The translations under genes and the position numbers were made by a program. This document shows, piece by piece, positions 26,786 through 36,100 of a stretch of DNA of 59,375 bases. The DNA lies in assembly GCA_964551485.1 (NCBI GenBank), contig CAZKDU010000001.1:1-59375 (forward strand), read 5' to 3'. Origin of the DNA: an uncultured Burkholderiaceae bacterium (GTDB lineage: Bacteria > Pseudomonadota > Gammaproteobacteria > Burkholderiales > Burkholderiaceae_C). The stretch's first letter is position 1. Every line of letters starts with the position of its first letter. The notes under the pieces were generated by a model, which was not told the DNA's origin, did not search any database, and saw only the letters and a list, made by a program, of their open reading frames with translations.

Positions 26786-29511
26786 TTGGCGGTCCTCCCA
26801 TAGACCAGGATGGTTCCGAAGTTGAGCGGGTAGCCTCCCCACTCATAAAAGCCGATGGCCGTGGATGGGCCATTCGTGCGGGCGGTCGCGCCCAGGCCTT
26901 GAGAGAGGACGTAGCTGTCGGGGCCAATGGTGCTGAACGCCAGGCCGTTGGATGCGTCCAGGTAATCGATCAAGACGCCGCCCCGGTTGTTGCCACCCTC
27001 GTACATGCCGAGCACACCCAAATACGAAAATCCGGGCCCAGACCCAGTGCCGGTGTCCATGTAGATCATCTTGTTCAGCCCGCTTGACGTGCCCGATGCA
27101 TCGGACACGCTGGTAAAGAAGACCGCCAGGCTCTTGCGGTCGGTCGGCAGGCCCGACAAGGTGATGCTGGAGACCCCACTGGCGCCGGCCACGGTGGCTA
27201 GCAGTTCCCAGTCGCCATTGAGCTTGCTGGGCGGCTCTCCCCCACCGCCACCGCCAAACAGCAGCGCTGCCACCACCGGGTCAAGCCTGTTCAGGGCCGG
27301 GTCCACATAGGCGCGCAGCGCTGCCTCTGTGGGCACCTTGGCCGCGCTGTTGGCGGCCATGGTGGGGTCATTGCTGACCAGCACGCCGCTGTCCTTGAGC
27401 AGCTTGCCACTCACCCCGTCGAACGCCGCCAGGCGGCTGTCTGTGGCCGAGGCGGGGCCAATCACGGCACCGTCCAGGTTGGTCTGCGCCACCGACCAGG
27501 CGGCGCCCACACTGGCCTGGGTACCGCTGGCCGTGCCATCGGTCAGGCACAGCAGAATGTCCCCCGCCTCCACGTTCAGCCCACCAGCGCCGCCAATCTT
27601 GCCCGCCACGCTCACACGGTAGGTCCAGCCACGGTCTGCAGCAGGGTAGTTGGGGCTGGTCGAGCAGTCCACCACGCCCTTGAAAATCATGGCGTCCTGA
27701 GCGCCCAGCAGCTGGTCCACATAGGCCTTGATGGCCTTCTCGGTGGGCACCTTGGCGTCGCTGTTCGCGGCCAGCGTGCCATCGGTGCTCAGCGCCACAC
27801 CCGAGTCCTTGACGCTTTTACCCGTGGTGCCGTTGAACAGCACAAGGTTGTTGTTCGCCGCCGAGGCGGGCCCGGAGACATCGCCCGTGCCCGTGCCGTC
27901 TGCGCCTTTGATGCCGCCGGGCACCACCGCCGCTGCGGTGGCCACGGTGGCCCCAGCAGTGGCGTTGCCGGTGGCCCCGCTGTTGGTGAGCGACACCGTG
28001 GTGGCGTTGGTCACGCTGGCCACGGTGTAGCTGCCACCGCCGGCCACGTAGATGGGTTGGCCCGCCGTCATCCAGCCGGTGTTGCCCACACTCACAGCCA
28101 CCGAGCCACCCACCGCAGGTTGGGTAAAGGCTGCCGTGCTCACGGTGAAAGGGTCTTGCCCCCTGTCGGCAATGCGCTGCACTGTGACCACCGTGTTGCC
28201 ACCTGTGCCATTCAGCGCCCCGGCGCCTGCGATGTAGCTCAGGTTGAGCTTTCTGTAGCCCGTGGCCGTGACCACCGAGGTGATGTAGAAAAACGCAAAG
28301 TTGGCAGCCTGCGAATCGTTGCGGGCCACCTTGAGCACCGCCTTGTTGGGGCTGGTGCTGGTGTTGAGGGTGTCCAGCCAGTTGGTCACGTCTGCCGAGC
28401 CCGCGTTGAGCAGGTCGATGTAGGCCTGTGTGGCTGTGGACAACGTGGCACTGTTGAAGCGAATGACGCCGTTGCCGGGGTCGGCATCGGTCAGGGTGGC
28501 GCTGTAGGTGTACAGGTTGGTGTCACCACCTGGCACGCCCTGCGCGCCGGTGTCGCCAGTGCGAGACCAGGACAGCACCACTGAGTCACCTGCAGCAAAA
28601 CTGCCGGCGCCGCTCAGATACACCACCGGGAAGGTGTCCCAGGTGCCGTTGTCGGTACCGCCTGCGCTGATGCGCAGGGTGTGCCACACCGAGGGGTCGC
28701 CAGCCTTGCGCAGCGTCACGTAGGCCCTGACGCTGGAGTGCGTCGAGTCATCCAGCGTGGCCAGCAGCGTGGCCACTGCACCGCCCAGGGCGTCGGTTTC
28801 GCTGATGTAGATGGCCGTGGCTGAGGCAATGGCCGCGTTATTGACCCGCACCAGACCGGCGCCAGGGTCTGCGGCGGTGGTGCCAGCGTCCCACGTGAAG
28901 CGCAGACCAAAGTCCACACCGTTGGTGCCGCTCACACCGGCTGGGCCGACCAGGCCACCAGTGGGCACGGTGCCACCCACCGGCGCGTTGCCATTGGTGC
29001 CCTGGTTGACCAGGGTCAAGGTGGTGCCGCTGGGCTTGGCACTGACCAGGTAGTAGCCTCCACCCGAGACGAACACCGTCTGCCCCACACTCAGCCATGT
29101 GTGCCCCTGCACCGAGGCGCTGACCGAGCCACCCACCGCAGGTTGGGTGAAGTCGGCCGTGGTGAGCGTGAATGCGTTGGTACCGTTTGTGCCCTGAGGG
29201 CCAGGCTGCCCTGCCGCCAGCACGCTCCAGGCGCTGTAGGTGCCGCTGCCCAGCACGTTGTAGGGCTGAATGGTCAAGGCACCCGTGCCAGCGTTGTAGC
29301 TGGTCACCTTGCCGTAGATGAAGTTCTGCTCCGATGCAAACAGCGTGACGGGCATGCCACTGGCCAGGGCCAGGCCAGCCTGGGTGGTGAGTGACTTGCT
29401 GGTCGAGTCAATGGCCAGGTTGGTGGTGCTTGTGCCGACCGGAAAGTAGAGGTCGTTGAGCATTTGCACGGCCAGCGGCCCGGGCTGCCCAGAAAAGAAT
29501 GGACCTGGCAT
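26782..29511 (-). CDS. tail fibre protein with internal duplications
   Basis: 909 aa. Duplicated FTQPAVGGSV...G...V.GGG.Y.V modules. Duplicated AKVPTE.A..AYVD motif, common in fibres. Gly/Thr/Ala-rich. Confidence 0.75.
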   Translation of the reverse strand: MPGPFFSGQPGPLAVQMLNDLYFPVGTSTTNLAIDSTSKSLTTQAGLALASGMPVTLFASEQNFIYGKVTSYNAGTGALTIQPYNVLGSGTYSAWSVLAAGQPGPQGTNGTNAFTLTTADFTQPAVGGSVSASVQGHTWLSVGQTVFVSGGGYYLVSAKPSGTTLTLVNQGTNGNAPVGGTVPTGGLVGPAGVSGTNGVDFGLRFTWDAGTTAADPGAGLVRVNNAAIASATAIYISETDALGGAVATLLATLDDSTHSSVRAYVTLRKAGDPSVWHTLRISAGGTDNGTWDTFPVVYLSGAGSFAAGDSVVLSWSRTGDTGAQGVPGGDTNLYTYSATLTDADPGNGVIRFNSATLSTATQAYIDLLNAGSADVTNWLDTLNTSTSPNKAVLKVARNDSQAANFAFFYITSVVTATGYRKLNLSYIAGAGALNGTGGNTVVTVQRIADRGQDPFTVSTAAFTQPAVGGSVAVSVGNTGWMTAGQPIYVAGGGSYTVASVTNATTVSLTNSGATGNATAGATVATAAAVVPGGIKGADGTGTGDVSGPASAANNNLVLFNGTTGKSVKDSGVALSTDGTLAANSDAKVPTEKAIKAYVDQLLGAQDAMIFKGVVDCSTSPNYPAADRGWTYRVSVAGKIGGAGGLNVEAGDILLCLTDGTASGTQASVGAAWSVAQTNLDGAVIGPASATDSRLAAFDGVSGKLLKDSGVLVSNDPTMAANSAAKVPTEAALRAYVDPALNRLDPVVAALLFGGGGGGEPPSKLNGDWELLATVAGASGVSSITLSGLPTDRKSLAVFFTSVSDASGTSSGLNKMIYMDTGTGSGPGFSYLGVLGMYEGGNNRGGVLIDYLDASNGLAFSTIGPDSYVLSQGLGATARTNGPSTAIGFYEWGGYPLNFGTILVYGRTAK
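28100..28125. repeat. 26-nt exact direct repeat inside the fibre gene (partner at 29123..29148)
   Basis: ACCGAGCCACCCACCGCAGGTTGGGT is present at both positions. It encodes the FTQPAVGGS start of each duplicated module. Confidence 0.9.
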
Positions 29512-30338
29512 TACCAGCCCTCCATGGTGATTGTGGTGCTGTGGGCTTCAAAAAAATCAAACGTGATGCCCGCTTGTTGACGCTTGCCGTACAGCTGCAG
29601 GTCTTGCTCCAGAACGGTGTCGTCCCACCCAGGCACCACACTCACGAAGATGGGCCGTGACGTGCCATTGGCGCGAATGATTTGCCTCAGACGCGCCCGG
29701 TCGGCCGGCGGCATGTACTGCAGCTGCAGCTTGAGGGTGTCGTACTGCGGGCCTCGGTCGGTCACGCTGTCGCCGCTCTGCGCGCGGCTGGTCTTGCTGG
29801 TGTCTGGGCTGTCGTCCTCCAGGCCGTAGCGGGCGTTGTAGGTCGCCTCCCAAAAGGCACCCGCGACCACCCGCGCACAGTCAATGCACCCCGCCGGGTT
29901 GCCTGGGTCGCTCACGTCAATTTGCAAGCGCTTGGCAGCCACGTGCGCGGGAAACCACTTGCTGGTGCGGCTGGCCCCCCCGTAGGCAAATGCGTTGGCA
30001 TTGAGTGGCTGGGTCCAGTCCCACAGGCTGAGCACCCGCCCTGGGCATGCGTAGACCACCCCCGTGTCGGCCAGCAGGGTGCCGCCGGACGCGGCGTCGT
30101 AAGCCCGGCCGCGCACCGTGGCGCTGGCCGTGAGGTTGATGGCGGGCAGCGCAAAGCCGCCCACGGTCTCAAAGCCGCCCCAGGTGAGCGTGTAGCTCAC
30201 ACTGGTGCCCACCGAGCGGTGCACCTGCGACTTGACGTCCGTCTGCAAGTTGGCAGCCCCCAGCGCGCCCGCCGTCGAGCTGGCCACTATCGTGGCGCGG
30301 TCGGCGGCGTTGTCGTGGATCACGCGCAGGTTGGGCAT
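29511..30338 (-). CDS. hypothetical tail/baseplate-region protein (275 aa)
   Basis: ORF track. Start/stop coupled to its neighbours within the tail module. Confidence 0.5.
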   Translation of the reverse strand: MPNLRVIHDNAADRATIVASSTAGALGAANLQTDVKSQVHRSVGTSVSYTLTWGGFETVGGFALPAINLTASATVRGRAYDAASGGTLLADTGVVYACPGRVLSLWDWTQPLNANAFAYGGASRTSKWFPAHVAAKRLQIDVSDPGNPAGCIDCARVVAGAFWEATYNARYGLEDDSPDTSKTSRAQSGDSVTDRGPQYDTLKLQLQYMPPADRARLRQIIRANGTSRPIFVSVVPGWDDTVLEQDLQLYGKRQQAGITFDFFEAHSTTITMEGW

Positions 30339-30341
30339 GGC

Positions 30342-30665
30342 TTACTCGGCGGCAGCAGTGGCAGGGGCTGGCGCGCTGGGCTCTGGCGCTGGGGCGGGCA
30401 CCGGGCCGGGCGCTGCGCCACCGCCCAGCGGCCGCACCTCCAGGCCCAGCACCGCAAACTGCTGATTCAGGGTGACCAGCAGCTCCGGTGTCATGTCCTC
30501 GGCGATCAGTGGTGTCTGCTGGTGTGCCGGCTGGCTCATCACCTGGCCAGTGGCGTTGACTGCCAGCGTCACCTGGTTGAGCACGGCGGCTGCACCGTAG
30601 GCGGGTGGCTGCACCTGGTTAGGAAACTGCAGGGTCAGGCTGATGGGAATGGTCAAACGAGGCAT
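30342..30665 (-). CDS. hypothetical tail-region protein (107 aa) with a Pro/Ala-rich tail
   Basis: ORF track. Lies within the tail module. Confidence 0.45.
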   Translation of the reverse strand: MPRLTIPISLTLQFPNQVQPPAYGAAAVLNQVTLAVNATGQVMSQPAHQQTPLIAEDMTPELLVTLNQQFAVLGLEVRPLGGGAAPGPVPAPAPEPSAPAPATAAAE

Positions 30666-30696
30666 GGTGTGCTCCAGTAAAAATGGGTGTGATGGG

Positions 30697-31713
30697 TCAG
30701 GCCCAGGTGCCGTTGCCGCGCAGGCTGTGCGAGGCGTTGCCGGTGGGGGGCTGGATCGTGACGCCGCCGTAGCGGATCTGGCCGCTCACGATCTCGATGG
30801 CGTAGGACGAGGTGCTGAGGTTGACCTGCGTGCTGGCGCTCACATGCTGGAAGATCGCAGCCGTGTCGCCCAGGCCCAGCAGGGCCTTGGTGCGGGTGCC
30901 CGCGCCGCCCGAGAAGCCGCCGAGGAACGATCCCGCAATGCCGCCGTTGTTGCCGCAGGTGGTGGCGGCCACCAGGCCGAAGCCGCCCGAGGCGTCGAGG
31001 TTGATGAACTGGCCCGCGTAGTAGCTGCTGCTGAGGCTGGCGCCGCCCACGGCTGCCGCACCAAAGCCCGCCAGCACCGAGCCGTTGAGGGCAAACTGCA
31101 GGTTGGTGTTGGACAGGTACGCCACGCCGCTCTGGAGCCTGTCCACCGTGATGCTGTTGGCCGTGATCTGCGTGCCGGTGATCTGACCCGCGTAGATCAC
31201 GCCTGCGGCCAGCGTGCCCGCTGCAATGCGCCCCGCGCTCAGGTTGCCCACCGCGTAGCTGGTGCTCAGGTCGATGCTGCTCAGGGGTGCAAGCGCCCCA
31301 AAACCGCTCAGGTACGCCCCGCCGTAGGCCAGGCTGCTCTGGCCTGCCACGGCCCCAAACCCGGTAAGAAAACTGCCCCCCAGCGACAGCGTGCTTTGCG
31401 TGGCGAGGTTGGTCACCCCGGTCACGCGCGTGTACCCCGGCAGGTTGCCCGAGGCGTAGGCGCTGGAGAGGTCCACGCTGCTCAGCGGGGCGAGCTGCCC
31501 GAAGCCGTTGAGGTAGGTGCCGCCGTAGCTCAGCGCGGCCTGGGTGGCCAGGGCCGTGACGCCGCTGACGCGCGTGTAGTCCGGCAGGTTGTTGATGACC
31601 TGGCTGGCGTCTGCCAGGTTGGCCACCAGGCCCACGGCTGCAAGGGTGACGGCGGCCACGCGCGGGCTCATGGCCTGCAGCAGGGTGTCACGGGCGTTTT
31701 GGATGGTGGCCAT
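30697..31713 (-). CDS. tail fibre-like protein with tandem repeats
   Basis: 338 aa. Repeats LP.YTRV.GVT.LATQ..LS.GG..L.GFG and GG.YL.GFG.LAPLSS.DLS.SYA.GNL. Ends ...LRGNGTWA, a motif seen in fibre tips. Confidence 0.6.
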   Translation of the reverse strand: MATIQNARDTLLQAMSPRVAAVTLAAVGLVANLADASQVINNLPDYTRVSGVTALATQAALSYGGTYLNGFGQLAPLSSVDLSSAYASGNLPGYTRVTGVTNLATQSTLSLGGSFLTGFGAVAGQSSLAYGGAYLSGFGALAPLSSIDLSTSYAVGNLSAGRIAAGTLAAGVIYAGQITGTQITANSITVDRLQSGVAYLSNTNLQFALNGSVLAGFGAAAVGGASLSSSYYAGQFINLDASGGFGLVAATTCGNNGGIAGSFLGGFSGGAGTRTKALLGLGDTAAIFQHVSASTQVNLSTSSYAIEIVSGQIRYGGVTIQPPTGNASHSLRGNGTWA

Positions 31714-33185
31714 CAGGCAAGCACTCCTACGTCAATGCGGCCGGCGATCCAGTCGCGCTGGATGCTCACCACCAGGCCGGTCACGCCGCCTGCCAGGCCG
31801 AAGCGGTTGCTGGTGAGCGTGACCGCGTCGCCCAGCTCCAGCAGCATCAGGTGGCTGAAGCAGCGCGCGGTGTAGATGTGGCGAGGGGTCTTCCACAGCG
31901 CCAGGCGGCGCGCGGCCTCGGCGTCTGCGTCGGCCTGGGTGATGAGCAGCGTCTCCTCGGGCACGGGCTCGGTGTCCAGGCGGTAGGCGCTGGCCACAGC
32001 GGCGTCACTGGCTGTGGTGTAGAACCACTCGGCACCGAAGTTCTCCAGCGCGGCATCGGGCAGGCCCGTGGCCAGGCCGCTGGCCTGTACCGTCCAGTTG
32101 CGGCAGTAGGCCAGCTTGACGGCCGCGCGCACGCTCACGCGCTGGCTGATGCGCAGGCTGCCCAGCTCGAAGTCGCTCTCGCCAATGGCGGTGGGTGTGC
32201 CAGTGGCCGGCAAGGCCAGGCGCACGAGGCGCAGCAGACCGGTGCTGGTCATGACGACCTGGGCGCCCACGCTGGCGGCGAGCTGCTGGCAGGCCACCAG
32301 CACGTTGGTGCGCTCGGTCACGGCCAGGCCCACGCGCTGCGGGCAGGCGCCGGCAAAGGCGGTGAGCTGGGCCGAGTCGAGGTCGCCAGCACTCAGGCGC
32401 GTGTTGGCCGGGCCATAGGCCGTGGCCAGGCGCTGCACCAGGGCCGCAATGGTGTCGCTGTAGGTGCCGGGCTTGTCGCCCTGCACGCTGGCGGTGATCT
32501 GGCCCACGCGGGCCGCGTTCAGCGTGAATTTGCCGGTACTCAGGGCCTTGGTGATGGTGCGCGGCGCGCCGTTGTCCCGCACCTCGATGATGTCTTCCAC
32601 CGCGCCGCCGTGCACCTGGTATTCGAGCGTGGCGGCGTTGGTGAGCAGTGGCTCCACGTTGAAGACCTCGCCGAAGGTCAGCGGGATGAGCTTGTCCTTG
32701 TTGACGCTGCTGCCGCCCAGCAGCGTCTCGCTGATGGGCCGGTCCAGCCGCTTGAGCTTGTCCACCAGCACCAGGGTGAGCGTGGTGCGGTCGCTGCTGC
32801 TCAGGTCGGCCACCAGGCCGTCGAACACCAGGCGGAAGTCTGCGCGCGGCCAGCGCGGGTCGCCCACCCAGGCCCGCACCTGGCGGTTGGCCCACACGTA
32901 GGTCAGCCAGGCGTCACGCTCGCCACTGTCATTGCCGATGGCGATGTCGCCCACGCTCATGCTGGCCGTGCCGTCCAGGCTCAGGCTGCCCCCAAAGGCC
33001 ACGCCGTCGCTGATGCATGGCAGGTAGGCCGTGTGTGCGGGGGTGTCGGCACCGCCGGTGACGTAGGGCAGGCTGCTGAGGTAGAGCGTGGTCTCCACCC
33101 CGGCGATGGACGCCACGGCCTCCACCAGCACGCAGCGGATGCTGCTGGGCTGGCGCAGCCAGGCGAGGAATAGCGCGTCGGTCAC
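31713..33185 (-). CDS. tail protein following the tape measure (distal tail/hub-like)
   Basis: 490 aa. 4-nt overlap with the tape measure stop and 1-nt overlap with the next gene. The call rests on position. Confidence 0.5.
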   Translation of the reverse strand: MTDALFLAWLRQPSSIRCVLVEAVASIAGVETTLYLSSLPYVTGGADTPAHTAYLPCISDGVAFGGSLSLDGTASMSVGDIAIGNDSGERDAWLTYVWANRQVRAWVGDPRWPRADFRLVFDGLVADLSSSDRTTLTLVLVDKLKRLDRPISETLLGGSSVNKDKLIPLTFGEVFNVEPLLTNAATLEYQVHGGAVEDIIEVRDNGAPRTITKALSTGKFTLNAARVGQITASVQGDKPGTYSDTIAALVQRLATAYGPANTRLSAGDLDSAQLTAFAGACPQRVGLAVTERTNVLVACQQLAASVGAQVVMTSTGLLRLVRLALPATGTPTAIGESDFELGSLRISQRVSVRAAVKLAYCRNWTVQASGLATGLPDAALENFGAEWFYTTASDAAVASAYRLDTEPVPEETLLITQADADAEAARRLALWKTPRHIYTARCFSHLMLLELGDAVTLTSNRFGLAGGVTGLVVSIQRDWIAGRIDVGVLA

Positions 33186-36100
33186 GTGGGCACCCCCACG
33201 GCCGCTGCCAGGCCGGCGCGCGTGCCCTTGGCAGCGCCCCGCTCCAGGGCCTGGGCCATGGCCTGGCCGGTGGCCTGGGTGGCCACGGCATTGACCTCGT
33301 GGCCCCGGTTGTTTTGCTCGCGCAGCCTGCGCACCTCAGCGCGCAGCGAGGCCATCTCGGCCAGCAGGGGCTGCAGGTCCACCGGGGCGCTCGGCCCGGT
33401 GCCGGTGCGGTACACCTCGGCCGGCTGCAGGAAGCGCACGACCTCGGGGCCGTTCTCGCCCACCAGGGCGTCCCCTGGGCCAGCAATGCCGCCCAGCGCA
33501 AAGGCGGGCAGGCCTCGGGCCTTGGCCCACTCATTGGCGCCACCGGCCGGCAGGTTGAGCGCAGCCTCCAACTCGGCCGAGCTGACGCCGTTGTTCACGG
33601 CCGCCCGGTACATGGCCATGGCGCCGGCCTCGTCGTTGCTGAGCGTGGCGGCGTAGGCGCGGATGGTCTGGGCCCGGCCGGCGTCAAAGCCGCCCGCGCT
33701 GCTGCCCACGTTGGCCGTGCCGTTGATGAGCGGGGCCAGCGCGTTGGCAATGCCGCCCGGCAGGCCGGCCAGCAGGCCGGGCACGGGGTCGGTGGCCAGC
33801 ACCTGCAGCTGCACGCTGGCCAGGTATTGGGCAGCCTCCGTCTGCACCTGGGCCAGCCGGTTCTCGGCGGCCTTGACAGACTCCTTGGTGGCCTGCTCCA
33901 GGGCCTGCACGGCTGACTCTGAGGCTGCCAGCTGACTCTCGATGGAGGCCAGGCTGGCATTGGCCACAGCCAGCTGCGCGCCCGAGGTGGCGGCACCACT
34001 GGCGGCCTCGCCGTACAGGCGCTCCACAGTGCGCTGCAGGTCGGCCAGCTGCGCGACCTGGTCGGCGCTCAGCTTGTTGTTGCTGCCACTGGCGTCCACC
34101 AGGTCGCTCAGCAGGTCCACCTGGGCTTGCCCGCTGGTCTGTGCGGCCGCGCCCAGCTGGTCCAGCGTGCTGCTCACGTTGGCAAACACCGTGGTGGCAT
34201 AGCCCTCCGGGTCAAACGCCTGGGCCAGCTTGAGGTAGGTGTCGCTGGCGCCTTGTAGCTTGCTGCGCGCGTCGGCATCACCAGCCTGGGCCTGCTGCAC
34301 CAGCGCCTGGAAGGCGTCGCGTGCTTCGGCCAGCTGCTGCTCGGGCTTGAGGGGCGAGAGGTCGCTGGTCTTCAGGCCAGCCACGTAGTCCTGCAGCTGC
34401 CGGCCATAGGCCACCAGGCCCTTGGCGGCCTCCAGCTGCTTTTGCTGGGCCGCCAGGCTGGCCTGGTCGCCCTGCTTGATGATGTCGTACAGCTCGCGCG
34501 CGGCGCTCAGCCGCTCATCGATGTCGGCGCCCGAGGCGAGCGTGGCGCGCAGGCCGGCCGCACGGCCATCGGTGGCCCCCAGCGACACGGCAATGTCGTT
34601 GAGCAGGTTGCTTGCGCCCTTGCTGGCCTGCCTGAGCTGGTTGACTTGCTGCTCCAGCTCACTCACGGTGGTCTTGGCCGTGTCACGCTGCTGCTGCAGG
34701 GCCGACTGCATGTCCCTGGCCGCGTCAGCCGCGTCACGGTTCACATCGGCCGCAGCGCTGATGGCGTCCTGGGCGTCCTCGATCCGGTAAATCCACTGCT
34801 GCAGCGCACGGCTGCTTGGGTCCACCAGGGCGGCCAGCTCACGGTCGCGGCCGTAGCCCTTCACGTTCGCCGCGGAGGCCAGGCTGCTGCTGAGCTGGCT
34901 GCGCTGACCGTTGATGGCGATGGTGCGGCGCAGCTCCTCGTTCATGCTGTACAGGCCCAGCTGCACGGCATCAAAGCCCTGGGTGGCCAGGCGCGTCTCC
35001 TCGGCCACAGCGCCCAGCTCATCGCCCAGCGAGCGCAGGTAGTCCACAAACAGGGTGCTGCGCTCAGCCTTGAGCTGGTCCACCGCCGCGCGGTAGCTGG
35101 CCATGCCGGAGGACGCATCCTTGAAGGCGCCGGCCAGGCCGATCAGCTGCGCGTAGGTGCGCCGGCCGCTCTCGGTCGTCAGGTCTTGGGCCTGCACCAG
35201 GCGCTTGAAGTTCTCCTCGGTGGGTGCGTCGGCCAGTGCCTGCAGCTGCGTCAGCGTGTCGGTAAAGGCGCCGCTGTTGCTCATCTCCACCAGGGCGCGC
35301 TGCACGCTGGCGGCCTTGGCCTGGGTGCGCTCGGCCTCGCTCAGAAAGCCGTCGAAGAACGCGCTCAGGCCCTGGCTCAGGTTTTCCACGCCGCCGAACA
35401 TCTGCACAAACTTCACCTGCGCGTCCACCGACACACCGGCCAGCTGGGCCAGGTTGCCGCCCAGCGAGGCAAAGGCTTTGTCGAGCTGGGCCACGGTGGT
35501 GATGGTCTGCACCGCGCTGGTGATGTCGGTGGCCTGCTCCAGGTAGTCCTTGAACTTCTGCGGCAGGTCGGTCTTTTGCAGGGCCGCGGCCATCACGCGC
35601 GCGGTCTCCTCGGCCACGGCCGCGGCATAGGCCTCGGCGCTGCGGCCCACGTTTTCTTGAGCGCCCGGGGTGCCGCCCAGGCGGGCATAGCGGTTGTAGA
35701 TTTCCTGGCCACCCTGCACAGCCACCACCTGCAGCTGGGTCAGCGAGTCGCCTGCGGTGTCAATGGCCGAGGCCACGCCCACCTCCAGGTCTTTCACGGC
35801 CAGGCCCAGGGTCTTGGCAAGCTGGCTGTAGGCGCCCTGAATCTGCTCACTGATCGCCTTGGCCGAGGCCGGGTCGCCGCGCAGGTCCACGCCCGGGCCG
35901 TAGCCGCTCTCGGTCTTGGGGCCACCCTTGCTGCCAAAGAGCTTGTCGGCCACCTGGTAGGCCACCAGGGCACCGGCCACCCACGGGGCGGCCGTGGCCA
36001 CGGTCGAGCCCAGCGAGGCCGCCGAGGTGGCCGCTGCGCTGGCTGCGGCCGCAGCCTCTGCGGCCGCCACGGCCGCAGCCTGGGCCGAGGCAATGTCGCC

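Noticed and set aside
26782-31713. Diversity-generating retroelement or invertible (Gin-type) fibre segment.
   Set aside because: No reverse transcriptase, template repeat or invertase gene exists anywhere in the element. The repeats are direct and in-frame.
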